DNA from: Candidatus Falkowbacteria bacterium RIFOXYC2_FULL_36_12
GTDB lineage: Bacteria; Patescibacteriota; Patescibacteriia; UBA11705
Assembly (NCBI GenBank): GCA_001778235.1
Contig: MFGJ01000006.1
Location: 98,092 to 162,091 of the forward strand
Reading direction: 5' to 3'
DNA length: 64,000 nucleotides
How positions within the stretch are numbered: position 1 is the first letter of the stretch; each line of letters begins with the position of its first letter. The position numbers and the translations under genes were made by a program. The notes under the pieces are model-generated. The model searched no databases. It saw only the letters and a list, made by a program, of their open reading frames with translations, and was not told where the DNA came from. Below are positions 19,050 through 29,322 of this stretch, piece by piece.

Positions 19050-20510
19050 ATGGTAACATTTAAACAACTGGGCCTGAATTCTGAAATTATCAAAAGTCTT
19101 GACGATTTAGGATTTACACAGCCAACTCCGATACAAGAGAAGGCGATTTTATTTTTATTAAAATCAAAAAAGGATCTTATTGCTTTAGCACAAACTGGTA
19201 CAGGAAAAACTGCAGCTTTTAGTTTACCAATATTGAACCAAATAAAACCTCGAGCCAATGTGTTAGAAGCGATTATAATTTGTCCGACCAGAGAACTTTG
19301 TTTGCAAATTTCAAAGGATATTAGAAATCTAGGAAAATATGTTGATGGATTAAAAGTAACTTCTGTTTATGGCGGTGAGAGAATGGATGTGCAGATAAAA
19401 GCATTAAAAAGTGGAACAAATATTGTGGTTGGTACTCCTGGCCGTGTTCATGACATGATTAGAAGAAATGTTTTGAAATTGGTGAATATCAAATGGGTGG
19501 TACTTGATGAAGCTGATGAAATGCTTGATATGGGGTTTAAGCAAGATTTGGAAGCAATTCTTGGCGAAACATCAAAGTCCAGACAAACCATGCTTTTTTC
19601 AGCGACTATGCAAAAGAATATTTATTCAATTGCTAAAAAGTACATGAATGAGTCAGAAGAAATCAGTATTGGTGAAAAGAACAAAGGTGCGGATAATGTT
19701 TCTCATGAATATTATGTTGTGCAGTCAAGAGATCGTTTTGAAGCTTTGAAAAGAATTTTAGAATCTTTACCCGGAGTTTATGGAATTTTATTTTGTCGTA
19801 CTCGAAGAGAAACTCAAGAATTGGCTGAAAAATTAAAACATGAAGGATATAGTACTGAAGCTTTGAATGGCGATATTAACCAGAGATTACGAACAAGAAT
19901 AATGGATCGGTTTAAAAACAAACAAGTCAGTTTACTTGTGGCTACAGATGTGGCTGCCAGAGGAATTGATGTTAGTAATTTATCACATGTGATTAATTAT
20001 AATTTGCCTGATCAAAATGATGCCTATACTCATAGAAGCGGTAGAACCGGCAGAGCTCAAAATAGCGGAGTTTCTATCACGATTGTAACTTCACGAGATA
20101 TCAGAAAAATAAAAATGTTAGAAGCAATGGTCGGTAAAAAGTTTGAATTCAAGAAAGTGCCAAATAAAGCTGATATCTATGTTAAACAAATTGATCAGTT
20201 TATTGAAGAGATCAAGCAAGCTGATATTTCAAGCATTAAAACAGAAAAATCTTTATCCGAGATAAAAGATAAAATGAAAAAGTTAACAAAAGATGAATTG
20301 GTTGATTATTTTATTGCTACAAAATTTAATAAGCTGTTAAATGGCGCGGAAGATAGTAGGGATTTGAATACAGACGCCTTTGTTGCTCCAGTTGGCAGAA
20401 GTTCTGGACAGAGAAGACGGTTTATTGGGACTAATAGAAAAAGAGGAAATTATAGTAATCAACGATCAGGATATAGAGCACGAAGACCAGAATATAAAAA
20501 ATCAAGATAA
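19050..20510 (+). CDS. DEAD-box RNA helicase
   Basis: Q motif PTPIQ, AQTGTGKT, PTREL, DEAD, SAT, HRSGRTGR, Arg-rich tail. Confidence 0.96.
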   Translation: MVTFKQLGLNSEIIKSLDDLGFTQPTPIQEKAILFLLKSKKDLIALAQTGTGKTAAFSLPILNQIKPRANVLEAIIICPTRELCLQISKDIRNLGKYVDGLKVTSVYGGERMDVQIKALKSGTNIVVGTPGRVHDMIRRNVLKLVNIKWVVLDEADEMLDMGFKQDLEAILGETSKSRQTMLFSATMQKNIYSIAKKYMNESEEISIGEKNKGADNVSHEYYVVQSRDRFEALKRILESLPGVYGILFCRTRRETQELAEKLKHEGYSTEALNGDINQRLRTRIMDRFKNKQVSLLVATDVAARGIDVSNLSHVINYNLPDQNDAYTHRSGRTGRAQNSGVSITIVTSRDIRKIKMLEAMVGKKFEFKKVPNKADIYVKQIDQFIEEIKQADISSIKTEKSLSEIKDKMKKLTKDELVDYFIATKFNKLLNGAEDSRDLNTDAFVAPVGRSSGQRRRFIGTNRKRGNYSNQRSGYRARRPEYKKSR

Positions 20511-20513
20511 ATA

Positions 20514-20541
20514 AAAAAAAACAGCTGTGCGCTGTTTTTTT
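20514..20541 (+). terminator. Intrinsic terminator
   Basis: A-run-cagc-tgtgc-gctg-T-run. Confidence 0.65.
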
Positions 20542-20805
20542 GTTTAATTATTTACAAGGTTTTATATTTATTTTCTAGTTCTTCAACCAAATGTCTTAAA
20601 TCCGTTATGGTGTAATTGAGCCAACCATCATTTTTGAAGTCTTTAGATGTTAGTGTTATGGACCTACCGGTAAGATCGTGAAATTTACTATTTTCTAACA
20701 AGTGGTCTTTCTGCGCGCTTCGCAGTAGAAATTATGCTTGGTTTTGAAGTTGTAAAATCCTACCAATATGGTAGGATATAGAGGTGAAATTAAATTCAAA
20801 TTATT

Positions 20806-23646
20806 ATGAAAAAATTTATATATATAATATTAATCGTATTGATAGTTGTACCAGTGATTGGCAGTGGAATTTCATTTGCAGCTGATTGTCCGCTTCAGCT
20901 CGAATCTGCCTACAAGATAAGTGGCAATAAATCAGTTTATTTCATTACTGATAAATGTCAGAAGCGTCCGTTTAATAATGAGGCAAAATTTTTTTCTTAT
21001 TTCACCAGCTGGGGACAGGTTAAAACAATTGATCAAAGCATTTTACAATCAATTGAAAATGATCAGCTTGGTTTTATGCCTTGGGGGCCTCTGTATAATC
21101 CTAAATACGGTGCAGTAGTCAAGAGCGTGAATGATCCGAAAGTTTATCTTTTGCTAAATGAAAAAAAATATTGGTTTGCGTCAGAAAATGTTTTCACCAG
21201 TCTTGGTTACAAGTGGAATTGGATTGAAGATGGGTCAGACAGTTTTATCGCTAAATATGATGAAGGCGGAACAATAAATTATACTGATCACCATCCGAAT
21301 TATACTATTGTTAAATACCCTGATTCAATCAGGGTCTATCAAATTGTGCCTGATCCGTTAAATGATGGGGTACAATTGAAAAAGCATATTGTAAATGAAC
21401 AGGCTTTTAATGAGGCTGGTTATCGCTGGGATAGAATTGTAATAATACCAAATTCGGAAATTTATTCTGATTATAATATTCCCAGCGGAGAAATTTCAGC
21501 TGTCAGTGCTTCAATTCTGGAAGTTGAAATTAGTGGCAATGTTAATGTTCTTGATTTAATGAATAAAGATAAGTGGCAAATAGCTTCAGTGGACGATAAT
21601 AATTATTTTGGCGCGAAAAAACCAATAAAAATTGAAAGATTTACTGTGACGCTGGACGCGGAGGACAGAAATAAAAACGGTCAGAATATAAATGACAGAG
21701 TTTTGAGACATTATGTTTATCTGTATTTGCCACAAAATATGAAGTTGGATTATAACTATACTATTACGGGCAATTTTAACTTGACTCCGTATTTTTATAA
21801 TGGGGCGGAAGGTTATTTTCAGTCGCAGTCAAGTCAGGTTGGGCCTTTTACTCTGAATTTTGGCAATGAAGATGGCTTTAGCAAAGCAATTAAAGTGAAC
21901 CAGTTCGCTTATAGCAATAAATCAAACAAGCGATATGCTTACGCTGGTTTTTGGCTCGGCAGTGGCGGAACTTTGAATATTAATTCCAAGGAATATACTA
22001 TTTACAATTGGCAAAATAAACAGATTGTGAAGTCTGCTGTAATGATTGAACGAGGTTATGATGATCTAAGCGGAGAAAATGTGTATGAGATAAATTTAAC
22101 AGGTTTAACACAAGGAAAATATTATATTGAAAATAGCGAACTTGGTAGATCGGCAATTTTTTCGGTGCAAGATAATGTTTTTGACGGATTTTACACTGTA
22201 GCTAGAGGATTGTACCAACAGCGTGCTGGAACCAGTTTGCCAGCGGAAAATACTGATTGGAATCATGATTTGTGTCATTCAATTGTATATAAAGTTGATA
22301 TTCTTGAAAATTGGGGACTGGATTTCCCTGCGGGAACCAGCAAACAAAATCCGATTATACTTGAAGGCGGTTGGTATGATGCAGGAGATTTTGATCGGAG
22401 GCCTGTGCATCTAAATACAGTTGAACAATTGTTAGCGACACAAGAGGCTTTTAATAACAGATTGTCGGATAATATTTTGAATATTCCAGAGAGTGGTAAT
22501 GGCTTGCCTGATCTGTTTGACGAGGCTTTGTTCGGTTTGAAGCTGTTTGAAAAATTGCAGGAGTCTGATGGTGGAGTGCGGGGCGGTGTGCAAACTACAG
22601 GACATCCAAGTGTTGGTAGTTGTCTAGACGACCAATTAATTTATTACACCTATAGCAAGAATGTTTATACTTCATACAAATTTGCGGCTTCAGCTGCGCA
22701 TGCAGGTAGGTTGCTTCGTGACCTTTATGGTCAACCAGCTCGAGGTACAGAATTGATTGAGAAAGCTAAAAAAGCTTTTACTTGGGCTGAAGGACAGTCT
22801 AATCTGGGGACTACAAGTCCGGTAGAGAGAAATGAAGCACAGAAACAATCGGAAATAAATCGGGCTAAAATGTCAGCGACTGGGTCGTTGTTTAGCGCTA
22901 CCAATGATCTAATCTACCAAAATATTTTTTCTGGATTATGGGATGAATTAAGGGGACCGACACATTATGACACGATTTACAGCGCCTGGAATTTTGCTCA
23001 AGCTGGAGGTAACAATTTTGATGTTGAACTGCGTCAGGATGTTAGAAACAGGATTGTTGAATCAGCAAATCAATTTGTTGCGAATATTGATAATAATAAA
23101 TACAGAAATTCCAGAGGACAAGGTTATAATATCGCCTGGGGGACAGGGACAACGGTTACGCAGTATGCTTTTCCAATTGTTCTCGCTTATTCATTTAATC
23201 CTGCACAGGAATATATTGATGCGGTTAATTTGAATATAGATTACCAGCTTGGAGCCAATCCGAACGACATGTCTTGGATTACTGGCATTGGTTATGATTC
23301 GCCAGAATATCCTTTGCACTTAAATTCAATGTATGATGGCATAGAGCAGTCAGTCCCTGGCTTGCCAATCAATGGTCCACACTCAAGAAATTTTGACAGT
23401 GGAGTTTGCGAGCCACAGGATTATTGGCAGTGCATGGTTTACAATGGATTTTCCCCAAGCACAAATTCTGTCCCAAAATTAAAACAATATTCTCCATGGG
23501 CCAGGATGGCGCCGATGAATGAATTTACAGTCTGGACTGATATGGGCTATACAATTGCTTCGTTCGCTTTTCAGTTTGCGGTCAGCGGGCAGAGCGCACC
23601 GGTAAATTTGCAGTTACATGTTGATGATTATCCGCTACATCCTTGA
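20806..23646 (+). CDS. Secreted glycoside hydrolase family 9 protein with N-terminal repeats and Ig-like region
   Basis: Signal peptide; GGWYDAGD, NIPESGNGLPDLFDE, LGANP..SWITGIG, MNEFTV; three ~70-aa N-terminal repeats. Confidence 0.85.
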   Translation: MKKFIYIILIVLIVVPVIGSGISFAADCPLQLESAYKISGNKSVYFITDKCQKRPFNNEAKFFSYFTSWGQVKTIDQSILQSIENDQLGFMPWGPLYNPKYGAVVKSVNDPKVYLLLNEKKYWFASENVFTSLGYKWNWIEDGSDSFIAKYDEGGTINYTDHHPNYTIVKYPDSIRVYQIVPDPLNDGVQLKKHIVNEQAFNEAGYRWDRIVIIPNSEIYSDYNIPSGEISAVSASILEVEISGNVNVLDLMNKDKWQIASVDDNNYFGAKKPIKIERFTVTLDAEDRNKNGQNINDRVLRHYVYLYLPQNMKLDYNYTITGNFNLTPYFYNGAEGYFQSQSSQVGPFTLNFGNEDGFSKAIKVNQFAYSNKSNKRYAYAGFWLGSGGTLNINSKEYTIYNWQNKQIVKSAVMIERGYDDLSGENVYEINLTGLTQGKYYIENSELGRSAIFSVQDNVFDGFYTVARGLYQQRAGTSLPAENTDWNHDLCHSIVYKVDILENWGLDFPAGTSKQNPIILEGGWYDAGDFDRRPVHLNTVEQLLATQEAFNNRLSDNILNIPESGNGLPDLFDEALFGLKLFEKLQESDGGVRGGVQTTGHPSVGSCLDDQLIYYTYSKNVYTSYKFAASAAHAGRLLRDLYGQPARGTELIEKAKKAFTWAEGQSNLGTTSPVERNEAQKQSEINRAKMSATGSLFSATNDLIYQNIFSGLWDELRGPTHYDTIYSAWNFAQAGGNNFDVELRQDVRNRIVESANQFVANIDNNKYRNSRGQGYNIAWGTGTTVTQYAFPIVLAYSFNPAQEYIDAVNLNIDYQLGANPNDMSWITGIGYDSPEYPLHLNSMYDGIEQSVPGLPINGPHSRNFDSGVCEPQDYWQCMVYNGFSPSTNSVPKLKQYSPWARMAPMNEFTVWTDMGYTIASFAFQFAVSGQSAPVNLQLHVDDYPLHP

Positions 23647-23665
23647 AATAAATTTAATAAATTAT

Positions 23666-24574
23666 ATGAATGCAATTGAAATAAAAGATTTAATAAAAAC
23701 TTACCCACCAGGCATCAAGGCTTTGGAAGGGATTAGTTTTATTGTTGAGAAAGGTGACTTTTTTGCTTTGCTAGGACCAAATGGAGCAGGTAAATCAACT
23801 ACGATTAATATTATTTGCAGTTTAGTTAATAAAAGTGCTGGTCAGGTCAAGGTAATGGATTTTGATCTGGACAAAGATGATTTGAAGATAAAGTCTTTAA
23901 TTGGTTTGGTACCGCAAGAATTCAATTTTAATATTTTTGAAAAAGTAATTGATATTGTAGTAACGCAGGCAGGTTATTATGGTATTGGTCGTAGGCAGGC
24001 AGAAGAAAAAGCTGAAAAACTGTTAAGAAAATTAGGTCTTTGGGAGAAAAAAGATTCTGTGGCGCAAAAGCTTTCAGGTGGAATGAAACGAAAATTGATG
24101 ATTGCCAGAGGGTTGGTTCATGAGCCGGAAATCTTGATTTTGGATGAGCCAACGGCCGGTGTCGATGTTGAAACCAGACGAGAAATGTGGGATTTTATAA
24201 AAGAGTTGAATGAACAAGGTAAGACGATTATTCTGACAACACATTATTTGGAAGAAGCAGAGCAACTTTGCCGTCGGATTGCAATTATAAATAACGGTAG
24301 ATTAATTGAAAATACTAGCATTAAAGATTTTTTGAATAAGTCGGATGAAGAAACTTTTGTTTTGGATATTGCTGATCAGGTTGGGAGTTTACCTAAAGTT
24401 GATTTTCCATTAAAAAGAATAAATAGCACCACTTTGGAAATAAAAATAGCGAAAAAAGATTCAGTTAATTATCCGATAAAAATTCTTGACCAGGCGGGGA
24501 TAAAAATATTGAGTTTAAGAAACAAAACCAATAGATTGGAAGAATTGTTTATTAAATTAACCAAGAAAGAATAA
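23666..24574 (+). CDS. ABC-2 transporter ATP-binding protein (YadG-like)
   Basis: [34 protein letters not shown]. Confidence 0.92.
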   Translation: MNAIEIKDLIKTYPPGIKALEGISFIVEKGDFFALLGPNGAGKSTTINIICSLVNKSAGQVKVMDFDLDKDDLKIKSLIGLVPQEFNFNIFEKVIDIVVTQAGYYGIGRRQAEEKAEKLLRKLGLWEKKDSVAQKLSGGMKRKLMIARGLVHEPEILILDEPTAGVDVETRREMWDFIKELNEQGKTIILTTHYLEEAEQLCRRIAIINNGRLIENTSIKDFLNKSDEETFVLDIADQVGSLPKVDFPLKRINSTTLEIKIAKKDSVNYPIKILDQAGIKILSLRNKTNRLEELFIKLTKKE

Positions 24575-24580
24575 TTATAT

Positions 24581-25342
24581 ATGTTATTAAATATGTTTTT
24601 GACAATTGTGCGCAAAGAAATAACCAGATTTATGAGAATCTGGACACAGACTTTGTTGCCCTCCGTCATCACTACGATTTTATATTTTATTGTTTTTGGG
24701 GCTTTTATTGGTTCCCAGGTAAGTGATGTTGACGGTTATAGTTATATGGCTTTCATCGTACCAGGATTGATCATGATGAGTGTGATAAACAATTCATATT
24801 CAAATGTGGTTTCAAGTTTTTTTTCACAAAAATTTATGAGAGCGGTTGATGAATTATTGATTTCGCCCACCCCCAACTTTATTATTTTAACCGGTTATGT
24901 GCTGGGAGGTGTTTTGCGTGGTTTGATAGTCGGCGGATTGATAACGGCCACATCATTATTTTTTGTTGATTTTCATATTTACAATTTGACTTGGGTAATA
25001 TTGTTATTTGTTCTGACATCATTATTTTTCAGTTTAGCTGGATTTACCAATGCTGTATTTGCCAGGAAGTTTGATGATGTCTCCATTGTTCCTGTTTTTA
25101 TATTGACGCCGTTGACTTTTTTGGGTGGAGTATTTTATTCAATCAATGCTCTGCCTCCTTTTTGGCAAGTTGTTTCCAGATTTAATCCGATTTTATACAT
25201 GATCAATGGATTTCGTTATGGTTTTCTTGGTATCAGTGATGTTAATGTATTTTTCAGTTTGGGGATATTGGTAGTATTTACAGTTGTAATGTATGTTTTC
25301 AATCTAGTTTTGTTGAAAAAAGGTGTTGGCTTGAAGAATTAA
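24581..25342 (+). CDS. ABC-2 transporter permease (YadH-like)
   Basis: RIWTQTLLP, PGLIMMSVI, PLTFLGGVFY, NPILYMINGFRYG. Confidence 0.92.
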   Translation: MLLNMFLTIVRKEITRFMRIWTQTLLPSVITTILYFIVFGAFIGSQVSDVDGYSYMAFIVPGLIMMSVINNSYSNVVSSFFSQKFMRAVDELLISPTPNFIILTGYVLGGVLRGLIVGGLITATSLFFVDFHIYNLTWVILLFVLTSLFFSLAGFTNAVFARKFDDVSIVPVFILTPLTFLGGVFYSINALPPFWQVVSRFNPILYMINGFRYGFLGISDVNVFFSLGILVVFTVVMYVFNLVLLKKGVGLKN

Positions 25343-25360
25343 TATTTGTTAATTGAATCT

Positions 25361-25387
25361 AAAAACCATGAATGTGCATGGTTTTTT
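25361..25387. terminator. Bidirectional intrinsic terminator
   Basis: aaaaaccatg-aatgtg-catggtttttt between convergent genes. Confidence 0.7.
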
Positions 25388-25398
25388 ATTTTTGAAAA

Positions 25399-25902
25399 TT
25401 ATTTGATTGAAATTATTTTGAAGTTTGTGGTTTTGTCCCTTAGGATGATTTCAACTTGATCGCATATTTTTTTTCCTAATAAAGCCGAACCTAGGGGTGA
25501 ATTTCTTGAAATAATACCAGTATCTGGATTTGTTTCGGCTGAACCAAGTATTTGATAGGTAGATTGTTTGCCTGCTGATTCAACTGTGACAAAATTGCCA
25601 AGCTCAACTACTTGATTGTTGTTGTTGGTTTTTATAATCTCACAATGTTTGAGTTGTTCTTCAAATTCTAAAATGCGATTATTGAGTCCTCGTAATTTAC
25701 CTTTGGCGATTTGGTATTCAGCGTTTTCCGAAAAATCACCGAGTTCAGCCAATCTTTTGACTTCTGATGCTAGCTTTGGTCTGATGGTGTTTTTCATTTT
25801 ATCAACTTCGGCTTTAATCTGATCATATTTTGTTTGGGTTATAAACGGATCAAAAGTTTTTCTCTTGATATTTTGTTCGGATTTTCTTTTTGGAATTTGC
25901 AT
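25399..25902 (-). CDS. greA: Transcription elongation factor GreA/GreB
   Basis: GDFSENAEY, ISRNSPLGSALLGK. Confidence 0.9.
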   Translation of the reverse strand: MQIPKRKSEQNIKRKTFDPFITQTKYDQIKAEVDKMKNTIRPKLASEVKRLAELGDFSENAEYQIAKGKLRGLNNRILEFEEQLKHCEIIKTNNNNQVVELGNFVTVESAGKQSTYQILGSAETNPDTGIISRNSPLGSALLGKKICDQVEIILRDKTTNFKIISIK

Positions 25903-26112
25903 AAATTAATCGTCAATCATTAGTCCAGAGTTATGGGTTATATATATGTATAATAAAGTAAATTGAATGAAATATCAAATAAAAAATTGCAATAAAATTA
26001 CTGTAATTATTTTTAATTATTTTTTTAAAACATAACGAATTAATATTTTTGTCAAATTTTAAATCTGGTAAGAATAATTGCCAGAATTATGATTTAATGT
26101 TATTTTTGATGT

Positions 26113-27363
26113 ATGCGTAATATTCTCAAATCAAAAATTTTGGTGATTGGCGGTGGTCCGGCTGGTATGATGTCAGCGCTACAGGCATCTGAAAAAAGTT
26201 CAGGCGTTGTTTTGGTTGAGAAAAATGATAGATTAGGGTTGAAATTGTTGATTACAGGCAAGGGTAGATGCAATATTACCAATGCCGAAACTGAAGTCAG
26301 AAGTTTGGTTCAGAAGTTTGGTAAAAATGGAAAATTTTTATATTCTAGCTTGAACAAATTTAGTGTTGATGATGTGGTGAGTTTTTTCCAACAAAATGGT
26401 TTGAAAACAAAGACAGAAAGAGGTGGAAGAATATTTCCTGTGAGTAATAATTCAGCTGATGTTTTGGCTGTATTAGTAAATAAGATGAAGAAAAATAATG
26501 TGAAGATAGTGAATAATGACCCGGTTGTTAATGTTATAAAAAATGGCAAGATGATTGAAAAAGTTGTACTAAAAAGTGGTAGAGAAGTGGTAGCTGAAAA
26601 ATTTATAATTTGCACTGGAGGAAAATCATATCCAGCTACGGGTTCAACCGGTGATGGTTATCGTTGGTTGAAAAATTTAGGTCATAATTTAGTTAAACCA
26701 GAGCCAGTATTAGTCCCAATTATGGTAAAAGAGAATTTTGTCAAAGAATTGGAAGGTTTGAGTCTGAAAAATGTTGCAATAAAGGTTTTTCAAAAAAATA
26801 AAAAACAAGATGAAAGATTTGGTGAAGCGATTTTTACAAACAATGGCATGAGTGGTCCAATTATTTTGGATTTGAGTAAAAGCATTGGGTCTTTACTCCA
26901 GGCTGGAAAGGTAGAACTCCGAATTGATTTCAAGCCAGGCTTGTCAGTAGCTGAATTGGATGCTAGGATTCAAAGGGATTTCAAGGGGCTAATAAATAAA
27001 GATTTTAAGAATAGTTTGGATGATTTATTACCACAAAAATTAATTCCAGTTGTGGTGAAGTTATCAAACATTGATAAAAACACAAAAGTAAATTCAATTA
27101 CTAGAGAAGAAAGAAAAGTTTTAGTAAAACTGTTGAAAGAGTTTGTGCTTGAAGTTGACAGACTTGATGGTTTTGAAAAAGCGATTGTAACAAAAGGTGG
27201 GGTTGATTTGCGAGAAATTGATCCACAAACCATGAAATCAAAAATTATTGAAAATTTATATTTTGCTGGAGAAATACTTGACCTTGATGGGCCGACCGGT
27301 GGATATAATCTGCAGGTTTGTTGGAGTACTGGTTTTGTGGCGGGGAATAGTGTTTTGGATTGA
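26113..27363 (+). CDS. HI0933/BaiN-family NAD(P)/FAD oxidoreductase
   Basis: GGGPAGM, ITGKGRCNITN, TGSTGDGY, GPTGGYNLQ. Confidence 0.95.
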   Translation: MRNILKSKILVIGGGPAGMMSALQASEKSSGVVLVEKNDRLGLKLLITGKGRCNITNAETEVRSLVQKFGKNGKFLYSSLNKFSVDDVVSFFQQNGLKTKTERGGRIFPVSNNSADVLAVLVNKMKKNNVKIVNNDPVVNVIKNGKMIEKVVLKSGREVVAEKFIICTGGKSYPATGSTGDGYRWLKNLGHNLVKPEPVLVPIMVKENFVKELEGLSLKNVAIKVFQKNKKQDERFGEAIFTNNGMSGPIILDLSKSIGSLLQAGKVELRIDFKPGLSVAELDARIQRDFKGLINKDFKNSLDDLLPQKLIPVVVKLSNIDKNTKVNSITREERKVLVKLLKEFVLEVDRLDGFEKAIVTKGGVDLREIDPQTMKSKIIENLYFAGEILDLDGPTGGYNLQVCWSTGFVAGNSVLD

Positions 27364-27395
27364 ATATAAAGGATTAGCAGAAGCTTTCGGTCTTT

Positions 27396-27762
27396 ATACC
27401 CTGAAATCCATCTTCGTTAAAACTTCGATGGACAAGCAAATTCAGAGCCTGCCCTGAATTTAGTTCAGGGGTGACAAGTGAGATGTGGTGACAAATTGGG
27501 AGATGCTGAAAACAGTACCCGGAGATCCTGAAACAAGTTCAGGATGACGAGTGTAGGGTTCAGGGTGACGAGTGTAGGGTTCAGGATGATGAGTGGTGTG
27601 TGGTCCCGTCACTCTGAACTTGTTTCAGAGTCTCCTGAATTGACATTAAAGTAAGGAATGAAAAATTGATTTGATTACAGAATTTAATTTGAATTTTGAA
27701 GAATTATACCCTGAAACCATGCACTATAAACAAGTTTAAGTGCGTGGCAAGCAAACTCACCG
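27396..27762. repeat. Cluster of REP-like palindromes (family B, ccctgaaacaagttcagggtgac) with nested inserts and a 3x21-bp tandem repeat
   Basis: Several copies in both orientations; tandem ttcagg.tgacgagtgtaggg at ~27538-27594; ~27598-27718 nearly identical to ~52385-52504. Confidence 0.85.
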
Positions 27763-27780
27763 CAGGCAAAGGAGGTAGAA

Positions 27781-28134
27781 ATGTTCTTTATTCCAATGAT
27801 GCTAACAATGATGTTGACGGCTATATTTGGTTTTATTTTTAATCATGTGGTAAAGAGGTTCAAAATATTTCAACTTTTATTGGGGAATCTAGTTGGAATG
27901 ATTTTGGGGATAATGCTTTGTCAGACTTTAGAGTTGATTGACTTCTGGGACATTTCGTTTAATTCAAAGTTATTTGGATTAAAGACTTTGTTGCAAGTGT
28001 TTGTAGATATTCTATGCGGAGGAGGAATTGGATTTTTTGTTGGTGGGTTAATTTATTTCTGGATTATCCAGCCAATACTTGAATACATGTCTGATGCATG
28101 GTTTATGAGAAACATAAAGAAAACTTCAAAATAA
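27781..28134 (+). CDS. Hypothetical membrane protein
   Basis: Strong SD aaggagg upstream; three hydrophobic segments. Confidence 0.6.
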   Translation: MFFIPMMLTMMLTAIFGFIFNHVVKRFKIFQLLLGNLVGMILGIMLCQTLELIDFWDISFNSKLFGLKTLLQVFVDILCGGGIGFFVGGLIYFWIIQPILEYMSDAWFMRNIKKTSK

Positions 28135-28383
28135 ATAGATCAGCCAAATCGCTGATTTTTTTAATTCTGTTTTTGTCTTGCATCGGTTTTTGGGGTCAGA
28201 ATCCAAACTGTAGAAAATAAAGTTGGAAAAATGTTGAAATATTGTGATATTGTAATATTGAAATAGTGAAATATTGAAATAATGGTAAGCCAGACATGTT
28301 TACCTTTGTAATATTAATTGTATAGATAAAATGAAAAGTTGGCAAAATCATGTTATAATTATATTATAAAATTAAGAAAATAT

Positions 28384-28851
28384 ATGATGTGGAAAAAATT
28401 TATCATTTCAATTTCAGTTCCTCTGCTGGCTGGTTTTATAGGGTCATTTTTTACTTTTGGCTCGATTGACTCATGGTATTCTGGCTTGAACAAACCGGTT
28501 TTTTCTCCTCCGAATTGGTTGTTCGGACCGGTATGGACAATACTGTATGTTCTTATGGGTATAAGTGTTTATTTAATTTGGAGAAAATTGGAAAAAAATG
28601 AAAAAGTTAGATCAGCATTTATATTCTTTTGGGTGCATTTGTTTTTCAATGCTATTTGGTCAATTATATTCTTTGGTTTACAAAGTCCAGTTTTGGCTTT
28701 GGTAGATATTGTGATTATTTGGCTGATGATTTTGATGATGATTATTTGGTATTGGAAAATTGAAAAGTGGTCAAGTATATTGCTCTGGCCGTATATTATC
28801 TGGGTGAGTTTTGCTAGTGTGTTGAATTTGAGTATTGTAATGTTGAATTAA
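28384..28851 (+). CDS. tspO: TspO/MBR-family tryptophan-rich sensory protein
   Basis: WYSGLNKPVFSPPNWLFGPVWTILY, NAIWSIIFFG, PYIIWVSFA. Confidence 0.93.
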   Translation: MMWKKFIISISVPLLAGFIGSFFTFGSIDSWYSGLNKPVFSPPNWLFGPVWTILYVLMGISVYLIWRKLEKNEKVRSAFIFFWVHLFFNAIWSIIFFGLQSPVLALVDIVIIWLMILMMIIWYWKIEKWSSILLWPYIIWVSFASVLNLSIVMLN

Positions 28852-28958
28852 TGAAATAGTGAAATAGTGGAAATAAAGTTGGATATAGATTGAAAAAATT
28901 TATTGTAAATAAAAAAAGTCCTTCGTTGAAGGTCTTTTGTTTTATCAATATTTAAGGA

Positions 28959-29309
28959 TCAAATATCTTTCATAATAATATCTTTTCTGGGAACTAGCAA
29001 TCCAGCTGATTCAATTGCGATAATGTCTGTTCTTTTTACATCTTCTTCAAATATCATTCTGGTTACATCTTTCCAGTCAGATTGAGACAGGAACATAAAA
29101 ACATGATTGTCCGAATGAATCTCAATATTCTCGGGATCGTCATGGTCAGGATTGGTTTGGGATCGTTCATCGCCTGGAATATTCGTTGAAGTAGTGCCAA
29201 AGATGATGATTAGGAAAATTGTTTGAGGTGGGAGTCTCGTGATTTGATCTAGAGATTTAATTTCATGTTTCTGTAGAAGATTTTGTAGTTCATTGCTCTT
29301 GATTCTCAT
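28959..29309 (-). CDS. Hypothetical protein
   Basis: SD aggagggg before ATG 29309; follows the upstream ORF. Confidence 0.6.
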   Translation of the reverse strand: MRIKSNELQNLLQKHEIKSLDQITRLPPQTIFLIIIFGTTSTNIPGDERSQTNPDHDDPENIEIHSDNHVFMFLSQSDWKDVTRMIFEEDVKRTDIIAIESAGLLVPRKDIIMKDI

Positions 29310-29322
29310 CTTCCCCTCCTGT

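Noticed and set aside
20545..20720. ~57-codon open frame on the minus strand
   Set aside because: No convincing start or recognisable motif; at most a gene fragment
27538..27594. Possible CRISPR array
   Set aside because: Three 21-bp tandem units without unique spacers; no cas genes in the window
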